Virus record (IMG/VR): IMGVR_UViG_3300028735_000004
Span: 96,001 to 160,000 of that record
Direction: 5' to 3' (one strand)
Length of the DNA stretch: 64,000 bases
DNA from: a virus
Lineage: Duplodnaviria > Caudoviricetes
Part shown: one piece after another, positions 43,756-52,788 of the stretch
How the letters are laid out: the number at the start of each line of letters is the position of its first letter
How positions within the stretch are numbered: position 1 is the stretch's first letter
Notes under the pieces: model-generated
Databases searched by the model: none
Seen by the model: only the letters and a program-made list of their open reading frames with translations
What the model was told of the DNA's origin: nothing
Program-made: the position numbers and the translations under genes

Positions 43756-44619
43756 TTATATATTAGACATTACTAATTTTGCCTTATTATATCCCAAATC
43801 TATCATATCTCTTATTTTAACTGGATCAAAATCTAAAGAATTAGAAATAAGATTAGTATCTGGTCTAATTATGTTATATGTAATTACTTTTTTATCAGTT
43901 AATCCAGCTGCGGCTAATTTATTATACATTATTAACTTTTCTAAATCATTAGAAAGTATTTTATCAGTTGAAACATCAAAAGATCGGTGTAAAATATTAA
44001 AAACATTTGTCATCTCTATAACAGAATGATTTCTTTCTTCCGGAGAAGTAAAAAGTATATCTATATGAGTTGCACCATTTTCTATAGCGGTAGCAATTGG
44101 AGATAATGTTTTGCTACCACCGTCTGACCACCAAGACCCATCAAAATATATGGGTGATAACATTCCTGGAAATGAGGCGGATGCTATGACTGCATCAACA
44201 AAATTAGATGATGTTTGATCGAACACCATATATTTGCCAGAATTTAAATTAACCGTGCCGACACAAATTTTTTTACCACTTTGTTGAATTTTACCTAAAT
44301 CTAAATTTGATTTTAATAATTGATGTAATGGAGTGCTATCATACACAGAAGGTTTCCATAAAGCGGCCAACATTCCAAAATATTTCCAATTTTTATAAAT
44401 CTTTTTTGTATCTAATCTCAACCACCATTTTTCAAGAGTATCAGATGCTTCCTGTTCAAATCCTTGTTTAAACATTCCTAAAAAAGCAGCATTAATGGCG
44501 CCTACCGAAACTCCACAAATACAATCATAATGTATCTGTAAATCATAAAGAAGATGCTTTAAATTTCCAACACTAAAAGCTCCTCTTGATCCGCCTGCTG
44601 ATAATACTAATGCTCTCAT
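43756..44619 (-). CDS. Patatin-like phospholipase/acyl hydrolase
   Basis: SAGGSRG oxyanion loop, GVSVG nucleophile elbow, SDGG catalytic Asp. Confidence 0.92.
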   Translation of the reverse strand: MRALVLSAGGSRGAFSVGNLKHLLYDLQIHYDCICGVSVGAINAAFLGMFKQGFEQEASDTLEKWWLRLDTKKIYKNWKYFGMLAALWKPSVYDSTPLHQLLKSNLDLGKIQQSGKKICVGTVNLNSGKYMVFDQTSSNFVDAVIASASFPGMLSPIYFDGSWWSDGGSKTLSPIATAIENGATHIDILFTSPEERNHSVIEMTNVFNILHRSFDVSTDKILSNDLEKLIMYNKLAAAGLTDKKVITYNIIRPDTNLISNSLDFDPVKIRDMIDLGYNKAKLVMSNI

Positions 44620-44620
44620 T

Positions 44621-45475
44621 TTATTCTTTTAGTCTTTGCTCTATTTCATGTATAATAAACATAACATCATTTGTTAAATCTAATCCTATACGATAATCTT
44701 CTTTTCCATCTATTGCATCAAGGAAAACTTTAATAACATTAAATAATGGAGTTTGCTCATATTTATCTATAACGGGTAATCCATTAAATAATAATTTATT
44801 TTCAGATAAATCATCATAAATAAATGTATCTTTATGAGAAGATACAATAAATTTTCTCATTTTAGTAGGAAATCCATTTCCAAATCCAAGATCTGCTTTA
44901 AGCTCTCCTTTAATATTATCTTTTTCAATATTAAAAAATAAAGAAACATTGAAATTTTCAGCAATTTCTTCATTTAAACTTACTTGTTGTTTTTGAGCAG
45001 TGAACTTCTGTGGTCTACCTCTCATTATATCTAATGTCAAAGCAATATCGTGTGGACCATAATCGTATAATGAAGAGTAATTTCTTATAGGACCATTATT
45101 ATATCCGCAAGAATATAATGCTGTTATTGCGTTGTGATCGCAATTATTTTTTATAAACTGATAATAATCTGAAAATAAATGTATATGATTTACAATTATT
45201 GGTGATTTATATTTATTTAATAACTCTATATCTTCATAATTTAAAGATATAGGTTTTTCAATAATTACTGGTATATTTTTCTCTAAAGCCTCTATTGCAA
45301 TTTCAATATGACTTTCTGGAGGAGTGGAAATTATTATACCATCACATTTTTTATTAATTAAATCTTTCCAATCTTCTTTGCCAGCAACTAATAATTTACA
45401 ATTTTCAAAATTAGCAATTGTATTTATATAATTCCTTCCCCATTTGCCAGCACCGATTAATCCTAAAGTCTTCAT
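44621..45475 (-). CDS. Gfo/Idh/MocA-family oxidoreductase (probable NDP-sugar ketoreductase)
   Basis: GLIGAGKWG Rossmann motif; STPPESH; IIEKP; DYGPHDI. Confidence 0.88.
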   Translation of the reverse strand: MKTLGLIGAGKWGRNYINTIANFENCKLLVAGKEDWKDLINKKCDGIIISTPPESHIEIAIEALEKNIPVIIEKPISLNYEDIELLNKYKSPIIVNHIHLFSDYYQFIKNNCDHNAITALYSCGYNNGPIRNYSSLYDYGPHDIALTLDIMRGRPQKFTAQKQQVSLNEEIAENFNVSLFFNIEKDNIKGELKADLGFGNGFPTKMRKFIVSSHKDTFIYDDLSENKLLFNGLPVIDKYEQTPLFNVIKVFLDAIDGKEDYRIGLDLTNDVMFIIHEIEQRLKE

Positions 45476-46428
45476 TTTACATTATAAAACCAAGAATTAT
45501 TTTGATACCAATTAACACATTCTTTTAATCCTTTATCAAAACTAAATGTGGGTTGCCAACCTAATGATTTTATTTTTAAACAATCAACGGAATATCTAAA
45601 ATCATGTCCTGGCCTGTCTTTTACAAAAGATACTAAATCTTTTTTTACTTCAAGTATTTTAGAAATTTTCTCTACGATTTCCAAATTTGTAAATTCTATA
45701 CCTGAGCCTATATTATATACTTCATTTACATTACCTTTTTCCACTACTTTCATAATAGCAGAACAATGATCTTCAACATAAATCCATTCTCTTATTTGAG
45801 TTCCATTTCCGTGAATTGGAATTTTTTGATCATTTAATATACAAGTAATTACTTTAGGTATTAAATTTCTTGGAGGCTGACGCGGACCAAAGTTATTGCA
45901 GCATCTGGTAATGTTATATTTAAGCCCGTGAGTTTGGCTTGCAGCATGTACAATTAATTCACCGGCTGCTTTTGAAGCACTATACGGATTTCTTGGTTTA
46001 ACTACGGCTTCTTCAGTCCAAGATTTATCACCTAAACCAAGCTGACCATATACTTCATCAGTTGAAACATAAACGAATTTTTCTACTCCATATTTTACAG
46101 CCATATCGACCATAACTTGAGTTCCAACAACATTTGAATGTATAAATGGGCCCGCACTTCTAATACTATCATCTACGAAACTTTCTGCAGCTCCGTGAAT
46201 AATAATATCCGGACGTTCAACAGCGAAAACATTTTCCATAAATTGTTCATCAGCAATATCGCCCATATAAAAACTATGATCTTGATTTTCTTTTATATTA
46301 TAACGATTATATGAAGCAAGAACCTTATCAACACTAACAAATCTATAATTTAATTTTTCGCGCATCACTTTACGCATAAAATTTGAAAAAATAAAACCGG
46401 CAGAACCTGTTATCAATATTGTCTTCAT
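45472..46428 (-). CDS. rfbB: dTDP-glucose 4,6-dehydratase
   Basis: TGSAGFIFS, HGAAESFVD, STDEVYG, YSASK, NNFGPRQ, DRPGHDFRY. Confidence 0.92.
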   Translation of the reverse strand: MKTILITGSAGFIFSNFMRKVMREKLNYRFVSVDKVLASYNRYNIKENQDHSFYMGDIADEQFMENVFAVERPDIIIHGAAESFVDDSIRSAGPFIHSNVVGTQVMVDMAVKYGVEKFVYVSTDEVYGQLGLGDKSWTEEAVVKPRNPYSASKAAGELIVHAASQTHGLKYNITRCCNNFGPRQPPRNLIPKVITCILNDQKIPIHGNGTQIREWIYVEDHCSAIMKVVEKGNVNEVYNIGSGIEFTNLEIVEKISKILEVKKDLVSFVKDRPGHDFRYSVDCLKIKSLGWQPTFSFDKGLKECVNWYQNNSWFYNVK

Positions 46429-46844
46429 ACTTCCTCTAATTTTAGAATTTTTTTAATTAAATCATCAGCCTTACCTTCTAAAACTGCAGATTTATCAAAA
46501 TGATAATTTGCTCCCTGAATCATCATATTAACATTATTTTGCTCTACATCTGAAAATGTAATAATCGGAATTTTTCTATTATTGGCCTGAATCCACATAA
46601 TTAAATCAGAACCATTACCTTCTGGCATATCGTGATCTAAAATAATTAGATCAATTTTACAATATGTAATAAGTGCAGATGCGGCAAGTGCGCCTGGAAC
46701 AACACTAAATTGAACTATTCCTTGGGGCTCAAATACTTGTAAAAAATGATTTAAAATACCTGATTGATTAGTTAAATCATCTTCACATATTAAAATATGT
46801 TTTTGTGGATATTTTAATCTATTAACATGTCTAAATTGAAACAT
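46425..46844 (-). CDS. Stand-alone response regulator receiver domain
   Basis: ILICEDD, DLIILDHDMPEGNG, ITFS, FDK: all key receiver residues present; no output domain. Confidence 0.85.
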   Translation of the reverse strand: MFQFRHVNRLKYPQKHILICEDDLTNQSGILNHFLQVFEPQGIVQFSVVPGALAASALITYCKIDLIILDHDMPEGNGSDLIMWIQANNRKIPIITFSDVEQNNVNMMIQGANYHFDKSAVLEGKADDLIKKILKLEEV

Positions 46845-48064
46845 TATATTTCCTTATATTCTGGAAGCGGAATAATCCAAGTGCCTTTAAAATTAGAATT
46901 ATTTTTAATAATTGAGTCAGAAAAATTCCAAGCTCCAATAAAAATATAATCTACCGGATCTGTATTTATTTTATCTGGAGAAAATATTTGAATATGTTTT
47001 CCTGGCGAATATACATTTTGTTTATCATTAGATTGTTTTAATAATGCATCTTCAATTCCATATTTAATAATATTTTCATCTATATTAAATGTATAAGCAA
47101 GAGTTGTAAATTTTGCAGGTAATCCGTAAATCGCAATTGATTTTCCGGAATTATATATTTGCTGTAATCTACTGGAAATTTTATCTCTTAAGAAGAGAAC
47201 ATTATCACAAAATTGATCTATTTTGGTATTTATATTTTTTTCTAAATTTAAAATATCATATACTGACTGCTTAATTTCCCTTGTTCCAGCTTTACACATA
47301 TATGCCCTAAAGGAACCGCCGTGATTTGGTAATCTTTCTACATCAAAAATATCTAATTTAAATTTCTTAAAATATTTAACCAAAGGATCTATATGAAAAT
47401 GATGCATATGTTCGTGATACACCAAATCCAACAATCCTTTATCTAAAATATCTAATAGATAAGAATTTTCAATTATAAATACTCCATCATCAGATAATAA
47501 TTCTAAAACTCCTTCAACAATAGTATCTAAATCCTCATTATGTGCAAAGCAATTATTACAAGTTATGACTTTAGCTTTTCCATAATTATCAGATATATTT
47601 TTGGCTAAATCTTTATTAAAGAATTCTGGTATAGTAAATACGCCATCATCATTTGCTTGTTTAGCAATATTTTGTGCCGGATCTACCCCTATAACCTTAA
47701 TATTTTGATTTAAAAAGTTCTTAAGAAAACATCCATCGTTTGAAGCAATATCGCAAATAATATCTTTAGATGTTAAATTAAATTCATTTATTATTAAATC
47801 TGCATATGTTTTAAAATGTTCTACATTAACTTTGCTTGTGCTACTTACATAAAAGTAATTTCTATATAATCTTTCTTTACTTACTATACAATCTAATTGT
47901 ATATGATTACAAGATTGACATTGCATTAAATTTAATGGAAATAAATCTTGCTTATCTTTATTATAAATAAATTCATTGGCAAGTGGAGAATTAGCTAAAT
48001 GTAAAATTTCTTTTATACTTCCACCGCATAATAAACATTTATTTATAATTTTATAATCAGTCAT
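46844..48064 (-). CDS. NDP-hexose C-methyltransferase (TcaB9/TylC3/NovU-type)
   Basis: N-terminal CLLCG...CQSC Zn site; DIASNDG SAM motif; YHEH; C-terminal IAIYGLPAK...AWNF. Confidence 0.88.
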   Translation of the reverse strand: MTDYKIINKCLLCGGSIKEILHLANSPLANEFIYNKDKQDLFPLNLMQCQSCNHIQLDCIVSKERLYRNYFYVSSTSKVNVEHFKTYADLIINEFNLTSKDIICDIASNDGCFLKNFLNQNIKVIGVDPAQNIAKQANDDGVFTIPEFFNKDLAKNISDNYGKAKVITCNNCFAHNEDLDTIVEGVLELLSDDGVFIIENSYLLDILDKGLLDLVYHEHMHHFHIDPLVKYFKKFKLDIFDVERLPNHGGSFRAYMCKAGTREIKQSVYDILNLEKNINTKIDQFCDNVLFLRDKISSRLQQIYNSGKSIAIYGLPAKFTTLAYTFNIDENIIKYGIEDALLKQSNDKQNVYSPGKHIQIFSPDKINTDPVDYIFIGAWNFSDSIIKNNSNFKGTWIIPLPEYKEI

Positions 48065-48483
48065 TAAAAATTTACTCTCACTACTGAATTCTCATAATTT
48101 TCGTGATTTTTTTCAATTCCATTAATAGTAATAAATGTAGTATCTTCTAAAAATTCTAATTTATGAACAACATCTGGTTTAGAAAACACCATTTGTCCAG
48201 CAGTAAAAATTTTAGGCTCCTTAACATCTTTACCATCTAAACTTCTTTCATAATATTTTAAAGAGCCAGAAACAATATAACAAGCGTGCCAATCTTGTTT
48301 ATGATAATGATTTGCTCTAACGGATCCGGCTTTACTTGTAATTAAAGTAATACTACCAGATGGTCCGAGCCATAAATTTTGTATTGTTCCACGATCATCA
48401 ATAAAAGGTTTATCTAACGGAACTTCAACATTTTCTGGATATTCTGCATTATTAACTAACTCTACATATTTTTTATTATCCAT
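48064..48483 (-). CDS. Cupin, NDP-sugar epimerase/isomerase-like
   Basis: FIDDRG...GSVRANHYHK...PDVVHK (RmlC/FdtA/WxcM-type). Confidence 0.8.
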   Translation of the reverse strand: MDNKKYVELVNNAEYPENVEVPLDKPFIDDRGTIQNLWLGPSGSITLITSKAGSVRANHYHKQDWHACYIVSGSLKYYERSLDGKDVKEPKIFTAGQMVFSKPDVVHKLEFLEDTTFITINGIEKNHENYENSVVRVNF

Positions 48484-49657
48484 TTTTCTTACCTTTATAT
48501 TCTATAATTTTTTGCTCTAATTTAGAAACTGATTTTTCCCAGCTGTGCTCCAACGCAAATTTTCTACAACGATCTATAACATCATCTGCATATGCTTTAT
48601 CTGTTAGAGATTTTATTATTGAATTAGTATATTCTGGTAAATGGTCTTTGATTGGAGATGGGATTACAATACATCCGGAATCCTTATATATACTTCCTAA
48701 ACAATCTTTATCTGTAATTACTGGAACTGTATAACTTGCATGTGCTTCAAGAGTTGATACGGAAAAACCTTCAGAAAATGATACTGTATCACAAGTATAA
48801 CCAAATACACTGGCTTGACTAAATTCCTCGTTTATTTGTTGCCTACTAACAGAGCCTATATGTTCTACTCCAAAATCTTTTAATTTTTCTATTGCATTCT
48901 TAATATATCTTACTCTTTGACCCATTTCAACTATATGAAAATGATTATTTTTATCGTGAGGTTCGATATTAGGAATTGCTCCATAATTAAAATGATAAAA
49001 AATCTTTAAGGAAGCATAAGGAACTTCTTTTCTAATTTTTGGCCATTGAGATAATAACCAATGCAACCCACGATCTGCACTTGAGCACCAAATAACTCTT
49101 CCCGGAACTCTACGATCTTCATATACCTCTGGAGAGCATCCTAATGGCACCATATCCCATTTATCTGGTCTAATTGACCTTGCTTTTAAAATCTCCATAT
49201 GTTGATGACAAACACCTAAATATAAATCAACAAAGTCATCATAGTTAGGTCCGCAATAACTAAAGTCATTTAACATCTGCCAAACAATTCGTAATGGTTT
49301 GGTAGTAGAGTTAGATAAAAAACTAAAAACCTCCGGTTCATTTAATGAAATAACACAATCAAATGTATCATCGACAACATTTACAAGTTCATCAAAATTA
49401 TATAATTTTGCCCCGGCCCACATTTCCGGCTTATTATGAGGTTGAGCGTGAACCGTAAATAAATGAACTTCGTGTTGTTTTTTTGCAAATTCTTCTGCCA
49501 TTTTAACAAGACACAATTCAGTTCCAGTTAATCCTCTTGAACTAACCAAAATATTACTGTACCAAAAATCTAATGGACGAGAACCGATACTATATGGACC
49601 TAAAACAAGCGCTATTTTCATCAAATACCCTTTGGTGTAATATATAACATCGTGCAA
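48476..49657 (-). CDS. GT-B glycosyltransferase (GT4-like)
   Basis: GLTGTE; WCSSADRGL; EGFSVSTLEA acceptor-side motif. Confidence 0.85.
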   Translation of the reverse strand: MHDVIYYTKGYLMKIALVLGPYSIGSRPLDFWYSNILVSSRGLTGTELCLVKMAEEFAKKQHEVHLFTVHAQPHNKPEMWAGAKLYNFDELVNVVDDTFDCVISLNEPEVFSFLSNSTTKPLRIVWQMLNDFSYCGPNYDDFVDLYLGVCHQHMEILKARSIRPDKWDMVPLGCSPEVYEDRRVPGRVIWCSSADRGLHWLLSQWPKIRKEVPYASLKIFYHFNYGAIPNIEPHDKNNHFHIVEMGQRVRYIKNAIEKLKDFGVEHIGSVSRQQINEEFSQASVFGYTCDTVSFSEGFSVSTLEAHASYTVPVITDKDCLGSIYKDSGCIVIPSPIKDHLPEYTNSIIKSLTDKAYADDVIDRCRKFALEHSWEKSVSKLEQKIIEYKGKKNG

Positions 49658-50030
49658 GGATGTCTTTCTATTTCTTCAAAATTACAATCAAAAGATGATG
49701 TAATTAATTGTTTTACTCTATTAGAAATTTGAGGATCTAAAAAGTTATGACATTCTATAATCATATTTGTTTTAAATTTACTAATAGATTTTAATCCGCC
49801 TATAATTGCTTTTTCTTCCGCGCCTTCAACATCGATTTTAATCCAATTAATTTTATTAATTTTATATGTATCAACAACATTATCTAATGTTATCATATCA
49901 TATACTTTAGTTATTGTTTGAGAAGGCCAATGTGGAGCATAACTACTCTATAAAAAGAATATTCTGGATGAGTAGTACCTTTGATTACTTTAAATTCTTT
50001 ATTTTTAAAAGTTTGATTTTTAATTTGCAT
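49621..50030 (-). pseudogene. FkbM-family methyltransferase with internal deletion
   Basis: ATG at 50030 gives MQIKNQTFKNKEFKVIKGTTHPEYSFY, then a frame change to SSYAPHW...ITLD...IKIDVEGAE...IIECH; the SAM-binding motif I is absent. Confidence 0.75.
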
Positions 50031-51140
50031 TTAACACCAACCGTTTCCGTTTAAAATTTCAATATATTTATTTACATAAGATTTTGCCATCATTAATTTA
50101 TCAAATCTAATAACAGATTGATTTCTGCATTTTACCAAATCTATATAGTTAATTTTAGACAAAGCCTCTGAAAAATGTTTAATATTATTTTCACAAACAT
50201 ATCCGGTAATACCTTTATCAATTACTTCCGGCACCGATCCATAATTAGTGCCAATTACCGGAGTGCCGCAAGCCATCGCTTCAACTTGAGATAATCCAAA
50301 TGGTTCGTGAAATTGAACACTATATATAAGAGCCTTTGCTTTTCTATATAGATTTCTTTTAGCAATATGATGTTCAGGATCTTTTGGAAGCCACTCAAAA
50401 TGTATATTTGGTATATTTTTAGCATTATAAATCGCTTGTATAGCGCAATTTTTTTGATATTCAAATATTTCATCTTCCGGTCTGGTTCCCGCTATAACGA
50501 AATCATAATTTGGATTTGTTTTAGCCAAGTTAATCGCAAAATAATATCCTTTTGCTTCGTGCCATCGATTCATCCAAAGAAAAAAATTACTTTTTTCATA
50601 TGTTGGAGAATAATAATTAGTATCTATACCACCATAAACAACTTTTGCTTCTTTAACCTTATGCCCATTTGGTCCAGCTAAATCTGGAGTTGGAGTATTT
50701 TCATAATCAGTAGCTCCTCTTAAAACTCTATCTCTATGAGCATTTGACCAAACAATTAAATTATGGGGGCCGTAGTCATGCTTCCAACATCCACCCATTA
50801 AAGTAGAAATAACACTTGTTTTACCTAATTGAAATAAGTGTTCTGCAACCACTTTACATGTACTAAAATCGTGTATAATATCTAAATTTAATAAAATATT
50901 TTTATATTTATTTAAACAATCTAAAGCACAATCTACTGATGTTGGAGATGATTTTCCATATGTTGCCATAGTTGGATGTAAAATAGTTTTTTCAGGAGGA
51001 ACTGTTCCATCTGGAGCGAATAAATGAATTTCATGTCCTAAATCAATTAAAGATGATATTAAATCTAATATTACAACATCACCAGTATGTGTATGGTATG
51101 GTATTGGAAATGACAATGTTGAAACAATTCCTATTCTCAC
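50031..51140 (-). CDS. GT4 glycosyltransferase
   Basis: EPFGLSQVEAMACGTPVIGTNYGSVPEVI. Confidence 0.92.
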   Translation of the reverse strand: MRIGIVSTLSFPIPYHTHTGDVVILDLISSLIDLGHEIHLFAPDGTVPPEKTILHPTMATYGKSSPTSVDCALDCLNKYKNILLNLDIIHDFSTCKVVAEHLFQLGKTSVISTLMGGCWKHDYGPHNLIVWSNAHRDRVLRGATDYENTPTPDLAGPNGHKVKEAKVVYGGIDTNYYSPTYEKSNFFLWMNRWHEAKGYYFAINLAKTNPNYDFVIAGTRPEDEIFEYQKNCAIQAIYNAKNIPNIHFEWLPKDPEHHIAKRNLYRKAKALIYSVQFHEPFGLSQVEAMACGTPVIGTNYGSVPEVIDKGITGYVCENNIKHFSEALSKINYIDLVKCRNQSVIRFDKLMMAKSYVNKYIEILNGNGWC

Positions 51141-51865
51141 TTCACTGCCTCAACTATAAAACTATGTGATAAACCAGTATCAACTGCCTCTTCAGCTAAA
51201 ATTGGATTTACACTTTTATGGGGCTCATAATAAAAATAAACATCTTTAAAACCAGAGTTTAATAAACAATTTCTTATAGAAAATTTATTAAATATAAACA
51301 TATGACCTTCATAATTATTAAATGTGCAATTAGGTCCAGATGCACCAAACATTAGAAAACATAATTTTGAACCAGGATCTGCTAATTTATAAAATTCGGG
51401 TTGTTCAGGAGCAAATTTATCCATATCATTATTAAAATAAGCATTTAATAATAAATCTAAATCTGGAGTAGTAATTCTAATAACTCCACCTGGTTTTAAA
51501 ACTCTAAAGCATTCATTTAATACTTTAGGAACTTGATAAATTATATTTAAATGTTCTATAATTTGACCAAGATAAATAATATCTACGCTATTGTCTTGAT
51601 GTTGAGGTAATCCAGACATTATATCGTGCTTAATTATATTAGCGGAACCTCCATTAATAAAATAATTAACAACATTTCTTTGTTCCTTTGTCATATTATT
51701 AAATACATTTATATAATAAGGATTTGGCGGGTTAGATGTTAATCCTTCAACAACCAATTTAATATAGTAAAAATATTCATTTTGCTCATCGTGATCGTAA
51801 TTAGTCCATCCAGGATATGGGAAAATATTAGGACCGCACCCTATATTTAATTTAACTAAACTCAT
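51137..51865 (-). CDS. Class I SAM-dependent methyltransferase (probable sugar O-methyltransferase)
   Basis: LNIGCG, IIEHL, RVLKPGGVIRITTPD. Confidence 0.85.
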   Translation of the reverse strand: MSLVKLNIGCGPNIFPYPGWTNYDHDEQNEYFYYIKLVVEGLTSNPPNPYYINVFNNMTKEQRNVVNYFINGGSANIIKHDIMSGLPQHQDNSVDIIYLGQIIEHLNIIYQVPKVLNECFRVLKPGGVIRITTPDLDLLLNAYFNNDMDKFAPEQPEFYKLADPGSKLCFLMFGASGPNCTFNNYEGHMFIFNKFSIRNCLLNSGFKDVYFYYEPHKSVNPILAEEAVDTGLSHSFIVEAVK

Positions 51866-52788
51866 ATTTGACTCTTATAATAATTAATAACTTCTTTAAT
51901 TGATTTTGATTTTAAATTATCTAAATTAGCATACAATTGATCTACCCAAATATAAAACTCATCAGCATTTCTATCTAATTTTGCTTTATTACAAATATTG
52001 CAGCACGGAACTATATTTTCAATACTATGAGTACCATCATTATTTAATCTATCGAGCCCATTGTATTTATATGTATATAGATTATTATTTAATCTATTTT
52101 TATAATAATTAATTGCCGTATTAGACTTTTCTTCACCACAATAAAAACACTTTAATTGACTAATTTTTAGAAAATTATTAAAACTTATATCTTTATATAA
52201 CCTCTGCCAGACTCCTTTAGCGGCAGATAATTGATATTTATTAAAAACAATATCAGATTTATTTTCTATATTTTTAGAATTATTATTAAATTTAACTTTA
52301 TAAATCCAATTTATAAAGTCTTCATAAGATTTATTTAATTTTGCAGAATTACAATAACGACAACACGGAATTATATTATCTATAGTATGTCCTAAGTTAT
52401 TATTGACTCTATCTAAACCATTATAAATAAATTCTCCATTTATTTTTGCATCAGTGCTATTGTTATTAGCATAATATATGTGGCAATTCAATTTATTTAA
52501 TGGTTTAGATTTACAGTAATGACAATCCATTTGAGAATATTTTATAAAAACATTAAAATCACAATCCTTATATGTAGACCTCCAAGCTGCTTTTGCAGAA
52601 GTTTCCTTTGGATTATATTTTTGTTTTAAGCATCCACAAGATTTAATTTTATTAGCAATTAAATGATCGTATCTTATTGATTTTAATTTTCCGCATATGC
52701 ATTGACACAAATAATATTTTTTATAATTAGATATTTTATCTAATTTTAATATAGTTAAATTACCTATACTTTTATTAATCAAACTCAT
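51862..52788 (-). CDS. HNH homing endonuclease with duplicated HNH domain
   Basis: Two copies of CxYC...NGLDR.NN..GH..(D/E)NI.PCC..CN.AK; N-terminal LCQCICG. Confidence 0.85.
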   Translation of the reverse strand: MSLINKSIGNLTILKLDKISNYKKYYLCQCICGKLKSIRYDHLIANKIKSCGCLKQKYNPKETSAKAAWRSTYKDCDFNVFIKYSQMDCHYCKSKPLNKLNCHIYYANNNSTDAKINGEFIYNGLDRVNNNLGHTIDNIIPCCRYCNSAKLNKSYEDFINWIYKVKFNNNSKNIENKSDIVFNKYQLSAAKGVWQRLYKDISFNNFLKISQLKCFYCGEEKSNTAINYYKNRLNNNLYTYKYNGLDRLNNDGTHSIENIVPCCNICNKAKLDRNADEFYIWVDQLYANLDNLKSKSIKEVINYYKSQI

